This document shows, one piece after another, positions 37,150-53,618 of a stretch of DNA of 64,000 nucleotides (its first letter is position 1; each line of letters begins with the position of its first letter). A model generated the notes under the pieces. It searched no databases. It worked only from the letters and a program-made list of their open reading frames with translations, and was not told the origin of the DNA. Made by a program: the position numbers and the translations under genes. Location of the stretch: the NCBI GenBank assembly GCA_000708835.1, contig DF237099.1:1-64000 (forward strand). Reading direction: 5' to 3'. The stretch is from Klebsormidium nitens (Eukaryota > Plantae > Klebsormidiophyceae).

Positions 37150-40100
37150 TCAATCCGGGTGTTGGTAAGAGGATACTCGCGTCCTTTCTTCGACAGCCTC
37201 AAAGTGGTTGTCTGCCGGCTTGGACGAACTGTCATCTGTAAGAACGGAAGGACGGAGAACATGGACTCCAAGGCGATTGTAGAGACCACTCCTAACTGTA
37301 ACCCTCTCGGATCGACGGTCTGGATTGACGAATCCGCAAATCTTGACCGTCGATCGAAGAATTATAGTGAAAGGGGGTACCCAGGGAGTCCGCCATCCGT
37401 TCTGTCAGGTTCCTGGGACGGACTTTAGGGTTCACGTTCTGCGGCTCTCCTTACCCTCAGCGGCGGCCTTTCTCCGCTCCTTTTCCCGCTGGCTCTTTGC
37501 CAGCTGGCGCCGCGCGAAAGCCGCGGCCGCGGCGCGCTCCCTCACCAGCTTGAGCGCCATCCAGTCCCGCCGGACGCCCGAGCGCGGCAGGCGGGCCGCG
37601 ACGGCCGCGCTACACAATGGAGTTTTGGCAGGGGTTTAGCAGGGGCTTAGGATCCGGAACACTGCGTTATTATTGTTTTTCATGCAAAGACTTGCAAGGA
37701 GCTTGAGCACTTCTCATTCAGGAGTGATTTAAACGCAGCCAACAGTGGCGAATTGGCGTTCGGATCACGTTGTACGGGCGGAGCTTTCGTGCGCCAAAGC
37801 AGGAAGCACTCGCGCCTTTCTGTAGCTTCCGTGTTAGTGATGAAGGGAAACAGTGACAGAAATGGATGAAAAGAGGGAAGAAGGGCCTGAGTACTTGATT
37901 GAAAGGGGGACGACGAGAAGTTAAAAGGTCCCGTGAGCGACAAAAGCGAAGCGGCAGAACATGCAATATGGAGTGCAGCTTAAGGAGAGAGAGTGTACCA
38001 ATTCGCGGGTGGGAGAAGATATACTAATGGAAGGAAGCGAAAGGCTCACCCTTTCCGGCGTGCCGCAAAGAAGGACGGCGTGACGGGGTCCTCCTCCATC
38101 TCGTCGGCGATCTTGGCGGCCCGGCGTTCCGTCTCGAGGTCAAACGCCTGGTCGCGAGACAGAAAGAACCACTTAAATAAGAGGCGCGTAAAGAGGTATT
38201 TACTTCAATCAGAAATTTTTGGTTGAAAAGAGGGGTTGGGGGCGAGAAGAGAACAGCGTTAACGCAGCGAGGAATTCCGTAGTACAGCTTTAGAAAGCGT
38301 GGATTTGACGCGATGTACGTAACGATCAAGGCCCTCTGTGCTACTTATGCAGTACAGTGACGTGGCATGGTGAATCTATGCAACTCTCTTGAGATACTAG
38401 CAAAAGGTTTTCGGAGACCACGCGACCAAAAAGGAAGTCGGCTAAGCCTACTTTGAGTGCTCCGATCATCAAAGGAAGGTTGGAATTGTGCCAACCGCGT
38501 TGCGGGGAATTCTCAACTAAGCTCAACGAGATGCGGACGAACGCCCACGCTTTTCCATACACCAGATCTTACCTCTGTTCACACGTCCTATTCTAGAAGA
38601 GAAGTTCCCACCCAAGCAGTCGCAAGGGACCTGTTCATGGCGTTGAACTCCTTTTCCTTCTGGAGTTGACCAACCCGGACTTCTTCCTCCCATTCTTTTT
38701 GCGTTTCTATCCTCTACCTTCAAGCCTATCTTCTTTTCCATCTTCTGTCGATCCTGAATCGAACTTTCCGACTAGATCGACTTTCTGGAAACACGAGCTC
38801 GCCGGAAGTACAACAAACGCCTTAAGCCTACCTGAGCCACGGTCTTCTCCTTCCGAAACACTCCTCCTTCGGCCTTCTCGTCCGTGTCAAAATCCACCCC
38901 CTCGAACTCTTCCAGGGGGGCTCCCTCCGTGCTTTTTATGACCCCTCTCAGCGCAGCCGCAGTCAGATAGCTGATCTTCTTCGGCGACCGCAGGGGCCGC
39001 TTCGCGATGCCGCGGCTCCGCAACGCGCGGCCGGAAGGCGAAGACGCCTTCGGAAGGTACTCTCGCTCGAGGAGCTGCGGAGGTGACATCAGCGGGCGTG
39101 AGAAAGCTGAAGATGACGTCGCTCAAACAAGCATCACTCATTCGAACGCACTCAATTCATTCGGGCGCACTCGAGACTATTGCCGACGACATTCCTTGAG
39201 GGGTATACTCGAGACTATTGCCGACGACATTCTGGAGGGGTATAACAATCCCTCCTTTAGGTGGGAGCTCGCCAATCTCGACCGAAAGCTAATCACTCAC
39301 CGACTTATTCCGGCGTATCTTGACTTGCAACCCGACCAACGGCCGCGCCTCCCAGCTTCCCGCATCAATTTGCACCGTGCTCTTCCACGCCCGCTCGAGG
39401 CCGGATTCCGTCCGTTCCGGCGGAACGAGCCCCAAGCTCCGCTGCTTCCGCAACAGCCACGCCGGCGGCGAGCTCGGCTCGTCGCTTTGAGTGTTCGCCA
39501 CTTCCAGGGACTCCTCCGACACCAGAACCACGCCGTTACCGGAACCATTTCCGGCCCGGAATCCGTTTCCGTCCCGGTTCCGCGCGACGATCCCTTGGTA
39601 CGCGGCGTCGAGGCTCCGCGGCCGCTCCGTCTCGCTGTCGCTGTCGCCCTCCGTCACGCTCCCGTCACACGAGGCGCGCGCGGCCGCGGGCGCGCTGGGG
39701 TGAATCGGCCTCGCGTCGTCCCCCGGGGTTTGGGGGTTTAGCACCTCCGGCATGTATTCGTCGTCACTACTACTGCGATCCGTGGCCTCGGCCGCCGGCG
39801 CCTGGGCCGGGTTTCCGTTGTCGCTGAGCCGCAGTTTCTTCACGAGGAAGCTCGGGAGCGAGTCGATGCGGGTCAGCGTGTTGCTCATGTCTGCAAAAGC
39901 AAGATTAGATTGTTGAAGAAACATCCATCGCGCATGCCTGATCGGGTTTAGCTCAAAAGTAGATGCTTCCTGATCCCGATGCGGATATTTCAATGTCTTG
40001 TCAGAAAAGAAGAAAACATGACACCGAGATCGTAGAGCTGAAACCCAGGGGTTCGCCAGCTCGAGTCGTCAGACTTCAGACTGCGAATTCGTTCCGCCGA

Positions 40101-43100
40101 AAGCAGCCACCGTGCGCCGGTTAGCGGACAGTGTCAGAGCAGGTTCGCAGGGAAGCGTTCAGCAAGACCAACGATTATTTCGGGGGTTGCTTACACTTGG
40201 CGTTTAGCTTCTCGAACTCGCTCAGCGGCCGCCCGTCCAACGCGAGCTCGTTCCGCTCCGGAGCAACGGCGCTGTCTGCACGGAACCGGAAAAGTGCAAT
40301 CAGGTTCCTAGCCGGAGAGCCCTGCTGCCAGAACCGTCATTGAAGATCTAGCAGGCTGTTCGGATGGCAACAAAAGGAGGCGCGCCGATCTCAACGCAAG
40401 CTGCCGCCTCTAAATTTCAAGCGTGGGGTTGCCGGTGAGAAGCCGGTTGCAATTCGGTTTTGATTTTGAAGAAAACGACGATGGGATGGGCAGACTGCTG
40501 CAGAAGTGCATTCTAGGGTCGATAAAACCAAGAATTTTAGGCGTCGAAGCGCCAACCGCTTCGCACCTGCTAGGAGGCGTTCGATCTTGTCCAGTGTGGC
40601 GATGAGGTGCTCCGCCCCCTCCCGACATTCCGTGGTGTCAATTGCCAGCTTCACGCCGTGCACTGCACAATATAAAGAATGTGGTCAGCATAGAAGACAA
40701 GGGCTGACACAACATCGTGAACAGGCAGGAACTGCCATCGACCGGGTTGCAGAACGGGGAAAAATCAGAGTGACTGAACGGATTGCTTCAAGTCGTGCAC
40801 TGAAGTTAGGAAGTTGAATCTAGAAGCGCCCCACCCTTTTTCCGATAGGGCGGAAACACGTGTCCTCCACCCAGCTGATCCATCCCGCGTCAGGCACGCA
40901 GCAGCACAGCTTTCACCTCAGCCGAGGATATGCAAAGTGGCCTGTAACCCCGAGCCGGCTTCAGGGGGACGCGTTACCTGAGTAGCAGATGGAGGGGGCG
41001 ACCGCGGACTCTGGCTGACACACCGGGAGCACTAGCCGGTAGAGTGTAAAACTTCTTCACAATGTCATGTAACGCTGAGCCTGCTTCAGGAACACGCGTT
41101 ACCTGAGTAGCAGATGGAGCGCGCGACCGCGGCCTCCGGCTGGCACACCGGGAGCATTTGCTCCATAAAGTCGAGAACCCACTCCATCACCAGCAGGCCG
41201 TCCTCCAGGCCCGCGCTCGCGCGCGCGTGGCCCTGACCTGCGCGCGCAAGGGGAGAAACCGGTGTGAATGCGCCCCGACTGGTTTATGTAGAAAATAGTG
41301 GCAGTGCAAAAGGAATGCTTGGCGCGAAAGAAGTGCCCTTTCGGCCCTCTACTGAGACGGTAAGGCGTGCCTCCAAACCTTCCTTCTCTACGTCCGGGTT
41401 AGGGTCCAACATTTTCAAATGGGGTTTGCCTGATCCGTATGACTCGAGTCGTGAAGAATTGTCCAACTCAGATTTGGCATACTAAACGAGTGAAGCGCAT
41501 GCGACAGGTGGGAAAAGGCGTGAATTTGGGACAGCTCACTCAGGCGATTGCTCAAGAGAATGTAGAGCTGGCCCCGCTCCTTTGCCCCCGCCACTCGAGC
41601 CTGAAAAGCACCAAAACCTTCGGTAAACAGTCTATCGGAAGAAGCAATCGTCTGAGCACCTCATCTTTATATAAACTCCAACGGACGTTTCACATGACGT
41701 GGTCAGTAACAGGGAGAGAAAAGAAGGTGGATGACGTCAGCAGCTGGCGTGAGTTGTCCGACGCACCCTCTGAACGAGAGTCGAGCAGACCACCCGCGAA
41801 AAGCCAACGAGAGCAAAAGTAATTCAAGGAGCCAAGCGAAAGCATCAGAGGCCTTATGGGGGTAACCCCTTGCTCGATCGGGAAGCGGTTCCGGCTGCTA
41901 ACCTGCAGCTGCGCAACCTCTAGCGGGTCTGGCGCCCGGAACGGGAAGGTGTCCACCCGCCGCAGCGACTGCTCCGCGGCGGCGGCCAGAGGGACGACGT
42001 TCTGAGCGCTCTTCTTCTTTTGCTCGAGCCGCCCCGCGCGGACGTCCGCGTACCTGCGAAAAGGCAAAAGGCGCTTCTGAAAAGTGGATGACCTAGCGCA
42101 TTCTTCGTAGGGGTCATCCCCCTGGATCACTTTAATCGAGGAATTCCACCTAGACTTCAATCGTCGATCGATCCTGACATATCAGCTCAACCGGTCCGCC
42201 AGATTTGTTCAACATAACCCTCAATCAACTTAGCTTAAGACGGAAGTAGAACGCGCCGCTGGGATTGCAGCGGGAAATCTCTCAGTTTGATTAAGCAACA
42301 ATCTGACAAGATCTGCATCCAACGGCCAGTTCGAAGGCAGGAACCAATGCCGATATGATATAAGCTATTGAGACATCACTTCGGATCAGTAATCCATCCA
42401 AAGGGTCGAGTGCGTCCAGCACAAAACCGTCTGAGTCCAAAATACCGTTTCTAAGAACATACCGGTCGAGTTGCAGAACCGACACCACGCCAATCTTCGC
42501 CTGAGCCTCCACAAAGACGTCGAGGTCCCCGTTAGCTTGCTGACAGGACAGAAAGAAAAGCATGATTAACGCCGCGTCTGAAGATGCTTTCTCACTCTGC
42601 CTAGTCGCTTTCTCGATGTTTTGCTTGAGTTTTGAACTGAGACGTTGAGACGCGTCCGTTTCTTTTTGTTGTCCTCGCGTCCCATTCTCGGGTCATCCTC
42701 GGAAAGATTCTTCGCAAGCGAGACTACCTGTATCGGCCTCAAGATCATGCGGGCTTCGGAAAGTAGAACGACGGCGGACCGTTTCGAGCAAGGTCTTCGT
42801 TCTGGATGTTGGACCTAACTTTGTCACTACAGCCTTCCGACTCGCATGGAATTCTTCCCCTCGAGCAAGCTTCAGGGGCCTCGTGCTCCGTCTTCTTTAG
42901 ATCTTCGAGCTCATCCTTACATCTATCTGCCTTACCTTGTTACGAAACAACGGCTGGTGTATTCCCAACACGTCTCACGCGAATTTCTTCCTACTCGTCA
43001 TGTACGAAACGCTTCACAGTCGTTCGTTCGCACTTCATTCAACCAGGTAAAATGTACACACAGAACTCCACTTACAAAGCCCCTGACGGGTTCAATCAGA

Positions 43101-44151
43101 TACACCGAGTTGCAACCGTCGCTTTGCCAACAGGCGTTTTGCACTACCTGCTCGGCAGATTCTCACAGTGGACAACACCTCCGTGAGAAAGATTTCAGTG
43201 GCGCCTCACCCCTTCTCGTCCGGTGATCCGCCCCATGAATCGTTCTCGGACGTCCGCAAAGGCGAGCTTCACCAACGCCGGCAACGGGCACATCTCCAGT
43301 ACCGTCCGGAGGGCGCCACGTGGCTCAGCGTCGAGCGCCTCTTGCCCCAGGCATTTGACGACGGCGAAAAGGCGGAGACGGTCGGCCTCCTGGTCGGGCT
43401 TCTGAAGAGGGTGACGCCAGCAGTGCGTCAGCATCGGCTGATGATACGATTGCCCCCGCGGCTAAGGATATGCCCTCAGTGACTTTGAAGTCGTGTAGAC
43501 ACTTGACTTCAAAGTCGAGAGACAGCTTGTCTAAAAGAATCGAGCTTGCAAGTTCGGCACCATGTGTGGCTTCGAGCCACACGGACATGTCGACGATCTG
43601 AATGGAAAAGCTTCGGAAAACGAAGGAGAGCAATTGCGCAACTTTTGGCGGATTCTTGCGAGGGTCCACAAGGATTCAAAGCAAGCCGTTTAGCACCAAC
43701 CAACGGTCCGTGCTGGTTCAGATCTTCGGGCGACAAAGAGCAACTCCCAACAACAGAACACTTGCGCAGAAATGCAGCTCACAATCTCAGCAATCTCAAC
43801 AAACTTCAGGAACGAAAGAGGAGTCGAGCAGAACAGCTTTCAGCAGATGAGCTGAAAGCTCACCTCCAGGGGGTACTCGGCCCAAGCCCCGTGCAACCAT
43901 CGCAAGCTCTCCACCGCAAAAGCGTCCAACTCTCCACTCTCCAAGGCAGTCCCGTTCGCAACCGACCACTTCAACGCTGCGCCCCTTGCGCTCTGAGAGC
44001 TGACGCCAACGTCACTGGTCACTGATGGACGGCACGTGTGGAACGCCTCGCTGGCGTCATCATCGCTCATGTCGTCATCCTCGTCGCTTGATTCGTGTGA
44101 GTGGGCTGGAGCCTGGCCATCGGTGCTTGCCTTGATCGTGCGCAGGACAAT
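37150..44151 (-). CDS. Uncharacterised long multi-exon protein (at least 14 exons; 5' end probably extends to ~45.7 kb)
   Basis: Phase-consistent GT-AG exons: 44151-43864, 43597-~43490 (donor uncertain), 43401-43210, 42539-42463, 42053-41903, 41600-41540, 41237-41103, 40662-40567, 40275-40195, 39890-39301, 39074-38832, 38147-38050, 37609-37455, 37235-37150. Codons are GC3-rich. A protein-like exon near 45379-45575 (LWLGDATLEEQIVGTLWGRL...) may belong to it. No family recognised. Confidence 0.65.
39170..39232. repeat. Direct repeat CTCGAGACTATTGCCGACGACATTC x2 in an intron
   Basis: Two copies, about 38 bp apart. Confidence 0.8.
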
Positions 44152-45858
44152 CTGCACAATTGGCGGGAAATGGGTGTCACGACTGAAGTTTCAGTGTTTT
44201 TCTGCTCGAAAACGACTCTCTTTTCTCTTCGCAAACAGGGGGGGTGTCTGTCTCGTTCTTTGGACTTTATCAAGATTGACAGTGTCTGTTCTTCCACCAG
44301 CCTTAGAGCAATGTTGTGGTTGCTCAGGGTAACCTTCGTAAACTGCTCTTGGCCAGAATGGTCCACGTATGGTCACCAAATCTGTCATTCCAAAGGCTGT
44401 TGTTCCAAACGTTCTCAACTATCCAATGAGCTTTTAAGAGCGAAATTCGAATAAGCTCATCAGGGCTATGGATCCGCTTTCAATGCAGGAAAGCTCGGGC
44501 TCAGCTCGTTAAGTGCAGCATGATGATACACCACTCTAAAAGGCCAAAATCATCCTGAAAGCTTCTCTCTTGAAGTTCACTGCTCAAGTCTAGCTGAGCT
44601 GAAGCTTGACTTCGATCTCCAAAGAATGGCTTTCTAAGTGTCTTTATGCACAATCTGCTCTCGTCCTACACCGGTTCGAAAGCTCACTCAGGTCGTGTTG
44701 AGCCAGGCATGGAGTTGTTGTGTGCACCATGGTCTTGCAGACTTTAAGACCTGTTGGAGTCAAGTAGAGCCAACTCACTTTTCTGTGGTTCCCCTCAGTC
44801 TTGAATAATGTAGAAGGCATTGCTCACCTCACACCAGACGGCATAAGTGAGAGCCCTGGCATTGCCCCCCCTCAGTAACCATTCTTGCACCACCGCAGCT
44901 GCGCTGGATGCCTGGAAGACAAGCATAAGGTCACATCAGCTCTTGTTGACTGTTGGGCAAAGGGTTAGCCTAACATGGCTTTGACCAACTGCAACATAAA
45001 AAGGGCATGTGTATGCGGACCTGCGGGCTGAATGGACGGTAAGAACAGAAGGCCAGAGCATGAAAAGTTGAAAAAGGCTGGTTCATCATACTTCAGATAG
45101 ATTCTGGAGATGGGGGCCCCGCCCAGTGGACAGTCTCAGCATCACCATCAATGTTGCTACCAATTTGGTCCCCCTCACTTACAGATCTGTCCTGACTTCA
45201 ATCTAGTATCCATACACAATGTATCTTTGCCGCCCCCACAAGGATGCTTCCCCCTTGCAAAGCCTCTCACCCCGTTTTTGAGTGCCCTGCAGTCGGTCCT
45301 GGCATGACATACTTGATTGTTCAGGCCTAATGCACGACAGTTTCATTTACTGCAGGCATTGAAACAAACCTCAACCTTACCTGAACCTTCCCAGTGTGAT
45401 CTTTCTGCAAGCCCTTGGCCAATCTGCCCCACAATGTGCCTACAATCTGCTCCTCAAGAGTTGCATCCCCCAGCCACAGTGGTCGACTGAGCCCCTCTTT
45501 GAGAAGCATCTCGCTTCTGGACTCGCTGTGGGGACTCTTCATCCTTGCTGCCTGGAATTCCGGCCAGGAAGTACCCTGCTGAAATTATCTTCTTCTATTT
45601 CTGTCTCCAGCATTGAATCTGATGGCATTCGAATTGCTGATTGACCCCCTGATTCCTTTTGGCAGGGCGTCAGATCAAAAACAGCATACCATTCCAAGCG
45701 GATTGACTGATCTTCACCATTCCAAATGCATCACCTGCTTCAAGAGAGGTCCTCATGACTTTCTGAGGAAGCCCCACGGATCCGCATTGCAATCTGCATG
45801 CAGAGCAATGTCAGCATTGCGTCGGAAACGAGTGCATTCCTTTCATGCTGAGCGAAGC

Positions 45859-45988
45859 AAACCCTAATTTTCCCCAGAGCTCGTCAGCGCCATCAAAGGC
45901 CCGGTGCGTACCGTTTTGCACCCGGAATGTACCCCGGTACCGGTCCGACCATAGAGCTGCCAAACCCTAAAACCCTAAACCTTGGGCT
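45859..45988. promoter_or_regulatory. Telo-boxes (AAACCCTAA x3) plus a site II-like TGGGCT in the putative bidirectional promoter upstream of COQ5
   Basis: AAACCCTAA at 45859, 45962 and 45970; TGGGCT at ~45983. Function is inferred from the plant telo-box/site II architecture. Confidence 0.5.
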
Positions 45989-46167
45989 ATGTAGCTTTGG
46001 CAAAAAGTTTGTGAGCTTGGGCAAAAACTTTTCTTTCCACTTCGTATGCTGTTGTGGAACTTCTTGTGAATCAGATGGCGTAAAGCGCTAGCATCCTTTA
46101 AGGAGACCTCTTGTGGCAAGAAATTTGCTTTGAGAACCTGTGATTTTTTGTCTTTTGTCAAGCTAAG

Positions 46168-49426
<3,259 letters not shown>

Positions 49427-50481
49427 CCTCAGATGCTTGGTCCTCGGACGGAGGAACGTACCTCACTCAACACGCTCGTTGGACTCAATCGAGATAATGT
49501 CATTCTGTGTGACTGAACCTGCTCATTGGAGGTACTCATGATGGTACGTACGTCAACATGATCATGCTTGGACATTATCATGCTTGCAGAAGCACCTTTT
49601 CAAAGAATGGATTCTCATGCCGCAAATCTTTGGAAGGTTTAATCAGTTACATGCACGAGTCATTGTACGTATGGACCGACTTGCTCCTGTGGGGAGCTAG
49701 CAATCGCGGGTCCAGAGTATGAGTCGATCTAGCTGGCGGCCATGGTTCACCATGACGGGTCGCATGCTTAATATTGCACTAGCTGTATTGTAGCTATCTC
49801 AGACGCTTTGATCATCCGATCGATTCAGTTGACTTGGAGTTCCATATGATGGTCACTATATCGCCTGATCGAGAGCGTACGCGTGGCGAAATCATTCAAT
49901 CTAGCACATTGACATGCACAACGGTAGCCTTCATGAACGATATGCTCGAAGGGCCGATGCTTCACGAACCGGCCACTCAAAGAACGACTCGGTAAGTAGT
50001 TCTTCAATGAGAAGCAATGACCAACCATGCGGCCAGTTGAAATACCGGAATACTGAGTACCAGCTCACGCTCTCGTAGAATGTAGCGACAGGACTATTCG
50101 ACAAATCTTTCCCTGGCTGGCCTTGCAAGAAGCGGTTCCCTGACTCTCTCTTGCAGCTAGTGACACCATAGGTGAAGCAGCTGGCTCTGCATATACAGAG
50201 ACATCTTAGCATGACGAGCTCAGGAAAGCCGAAAGTGCTCTCCTCATAAGGTTTAAGGCTAAACGCTTGAAGAGAACGGCACGTACTTTCGGATCGCACG
50301 AAGCACAAGAAAAGTCATCAGTGGCTCAAGATCAATCGAGCAGTGCATTCCGCCAGAGCAAAACAAAAGCGGGCATTCCCCGGGCATTCATTGCTGATTC
50401 CGCTGCTCGCAGGGAATGCTTGCGGCGCGCAGCCCAATGACATTGAGGAAGGCTCGGAACTTACCACAGCCTTTAACAAGC

Positions 50482-53400
50482 TCACAAAGCACCCGAAGAA
50501 GCGCCCAGGGCGTGGCTCGTCTGCAAGCATGAGCAAGTGGCGTTACTGTTTTCTTTACCGCATATCTTCGCGGGATCCACATCGTTTAAAAGTAAACATT
50601 CCAAGAAGATACAGAGCTTTTGAGACCATAAGGATACACGACTTTTGAGGACCTTTGGAATATTGTGAGCGTTACGTCTCCTTAGGATAGCGGAATCAGG
50701 AAGCCATGCTAGAAGGACTTGTTTGCGCGAGAATTGTAGGGAATCAGTGAGCGGGACCGCGCGTGTCGTTTCCGTTGCCAAAAGAAAACGAGCCGTTCAG
50801 GCTAGTCAAGGTAAGGGGGGTGGCCAGCCTCATAACATAATCGGCGCCGTCAGGTCTATCCAGTTAGCACCCGCCGCTAGTGACAGAACGGCTGTCTTTC
50901 ACGACCTTACCTGCTCATCAAACACAAGGTTTGTCATGCACGGTTCACACTCGGTAAGAGGAAACTAGATCGGAGTCCGAATCTTACCTGCGTCCCTCAG
51001 AGTCGCCCTGACGAAGACGACATCTGGCTGCTCTCGCGACCCGCTTGTGAGTTCCTTGAAAGCTTCCCCGTCCCCGTCGGGATAGAACAGCTGGTACTTG
51101 ATTCGCTTGGGCACTCCCCCGATCCGCTTCAGTGCCTCGCTGAACCCCTTCCAGCCGCCCTCCCACGTTTTGAAGATTGTCTGCGGCAGCGTGGATCGGA
51201 AGTCGAGGCGCTCGCCTTCGGGGACGAGGTAGAAGATACCGACGAAGGGGCCCTGACCCAGCACTGCAGACACAGATATATTTGGCCTTCGGATGGTTAT
51301 TGTCTGATCAGAAAGAGGTTATAATATGTCCCAGAACCACACTTGGCGGCCGGTAACCAGCCTTGGAGCAAGGCTAAATACCCGGTTATTTTTCCGGTAA
51401 CCTGAGACTTGAGTAGGTATTCAGCGTGGTTAGCTGCCAAAGCTTCCTGTAAGATACGAATGCACTCGAACCTCACAGCAAGAAGGCCATCAAAGCAGAT
51501 TGAGTTGCTTGTGTCGAGAATGATTGATTCATGTCGGCTTAGAGCTGCTTCTCTTGCCGCGGAGGACGGCGAGGAGTGATCAAAAAGAGGCGGAGCAACT
51601 TGCTGCATGTGGTGGGAATCAACCGGGTAGGCGAAGCGTGCTTATTGGATGCTTCAGACTTTCGTCAAAGGAAGCAAAATATGAAGAAGCTAGAGCTGAC
51701 ATCCGCCGTTTCAGGCTGTTCCAGCTTTGGACGGCCTGGAGTCGCTGTTCAAGATGCAATACTTGCTAAGACTTTGCTGGTGAAATCTTCTACATCCTGA
51801 CGACTGACTTCCCGCTTGACACAAAAATGCACCTCATTGCTACAGATTCGTACAAACGATGTGCAGCTTTGGTGCCTTCTACAGTCAATCTGCTGACGAG
51901 AGATTGTGAAGTCTCCTGGCCTACAAATCACATGTCAGCCAGAAGATAGTCAAGCGGTCAGCACCATGTTCAAATGTTACAACTCCGATGCCATGATCTT
52001 TTGGCCATTGCTTTCTCTATCTTGTGCTACAGTTTTGAGACTCTTCCTACATGTCTCGCTCTAGGCGGCTCGAAAAACGAAACCGTATCCAGCAATGGAT
52101 CTTTCAGATGAATTGGAACGACATACGGAAATGGCACTTACATCTGCTGACTGCTGCGTACTCCAGGTCTGCATCGTAAGGCAGCTTCAGCTTTCTCCTA
52201 AGCGCATCTTCCACTTCTGCAAACCAGGAAGATAAAGTCAGTTTACGGGTAAGTTGTCAAAGGTGAACACACCTTGGTTAAGGTCTAGTTTCGTCGGCCT
52301 TCCACCTCGGATCTTCTTAGGAGGTGAAATGATTCCGGCCTGCTTATCAGTCCAAAGTCACGCAGAATGACCAGCGCTCCTTTGTGAACCATCCATATCT
52401 TCCCCGTGTTCGAATTCCTTGCCTAGCTTCCTCCATATTATCTGCAGTCAAAATGTGCGACTCACCCTCTCTTCCTGTGACCTGAAGTTTCTCAACTTCG
52501 CTACACAGAATGACCTTTGATGTTGCAGAAAATGATGGACTCTCTGGCTACGCGAGGGGCCCCTGATTGGTCTGCGTTGCCTTACCGCAGCATCATATTT
52601 CCTGTCTCGCATGATCATAGAATCTGATGGAGTGAGGCTACTTGAAAATTGCTGCTTCTGCAGTCACGGCCGTTCGTCAACAAAAGATGTAATGCTAGCC
52701 AAGCCTGCGAAAGGGGTGATGTTGCAGAGCCGGCAGAGAGCATTTGAAAACTCCTTTAACCAACACTTTTCAAGATCCAAAAGCTATCTGCTTTGAAACA
52801 ACTGCCAACTAGATCAAGAACCAGCCAAGATGTCACTCTGTCATGTAATGAGAAAGTTCTCGGGGAAAGTGGTGTGAATATCGAATCAGAAACAGACAAG
52901 CAGACTGTTTGGACCGTTTCAAGGCCATTTCAAAGGCTCCGTCATCTGAAAGACAAAGAACGTGGAGACTGCTTATCTTCCCATGCTCGTGTTGTCAAGA
53001 TCCATCTCTAGAGGCTTCCATTGGCATGCACACCCGCTAATGCGATGCGCGATGCTTGATTTCAGATGAGAAAAGAGTTGCTCGAAGAGACGAGACTTAA
53101 GTTGGCTCGAAAGAAGAGACTAAACGGAAAGAGACTGTTGGAAAGTAGAAAGCCTGCTTGCAGAAGGTGGCGCGGGATTATTGTCTCGATCGTTTTGGAA
53201 TTGCTAGGACTGCGAGTTGACTGGAGTAAATTAGGGTTCATTGAAGCAAACGTACCGTAGACGGTGAAGAAAGGCACCATTTTCACAAAGATGCTTTCCC
53301 CCCGGGGTACACGTTGCCGTCGAAATTCAAAGTGATGCCACCCGAACCCTTTCTTCCAGAGACGCAATGAGCAGGTGGACTTAAGCCAGGGCACCATTCC

Positions 53401-53618
53401 GAAGACTTCGGCAAACAGCTGCGATTCCGTCCTGCTTGGATCATCTGGCAGCGTCAAGCAGAAGCTAGGCTGGAGCAGGGTGGGATTCGCTTGCCATGTC
53501 ATGGCTCTCGCCACACTGACAGAAACTGGCGTCGGCGTGTTCTGCATGGCGCTGCCGTTTTCGAAGGACGCTTCAAAGCGGAAGGATTCTAGATTGGTCG
53601 GGAAACGAAGCAAGGTCG
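50482..53618 (-). CDS. Uncharacterised protein, possibly with ubiquitin-like domains; tentative exons 53618-53256, 51263-50988, 50717-50482 (further 5' exons likely at 53.8-54.3 kb)
   Basis: Three exons join in phase 1 and read as protein-like sequence (...SLRLWKKGFGWHHFEFRR...IFVKMVPFFTVY-VLGQGPFVGIFYLVPEGERL...). The 51263-50988 exon is GC3-rich with strong splice sites; the joins are less certain. Confidence 0.45.

Noticed and set aside
39800-41237. Resemblance of the unknown gene (WVLDF...LDKIE...PSFL) to the plant TRF-like N-terminal domain or Vta1 MIT domain
   Set aside because: Only a few scattered residues match, the AYCAVA-type core is missing, and no C-terminal telobox Myb domain was found.
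42594-42730. Possible extra phase-0 exon in the unknown gene
   Set aside because: It would leave a 54-bp intron, shorter than others supported here, and the model is consistent without it.
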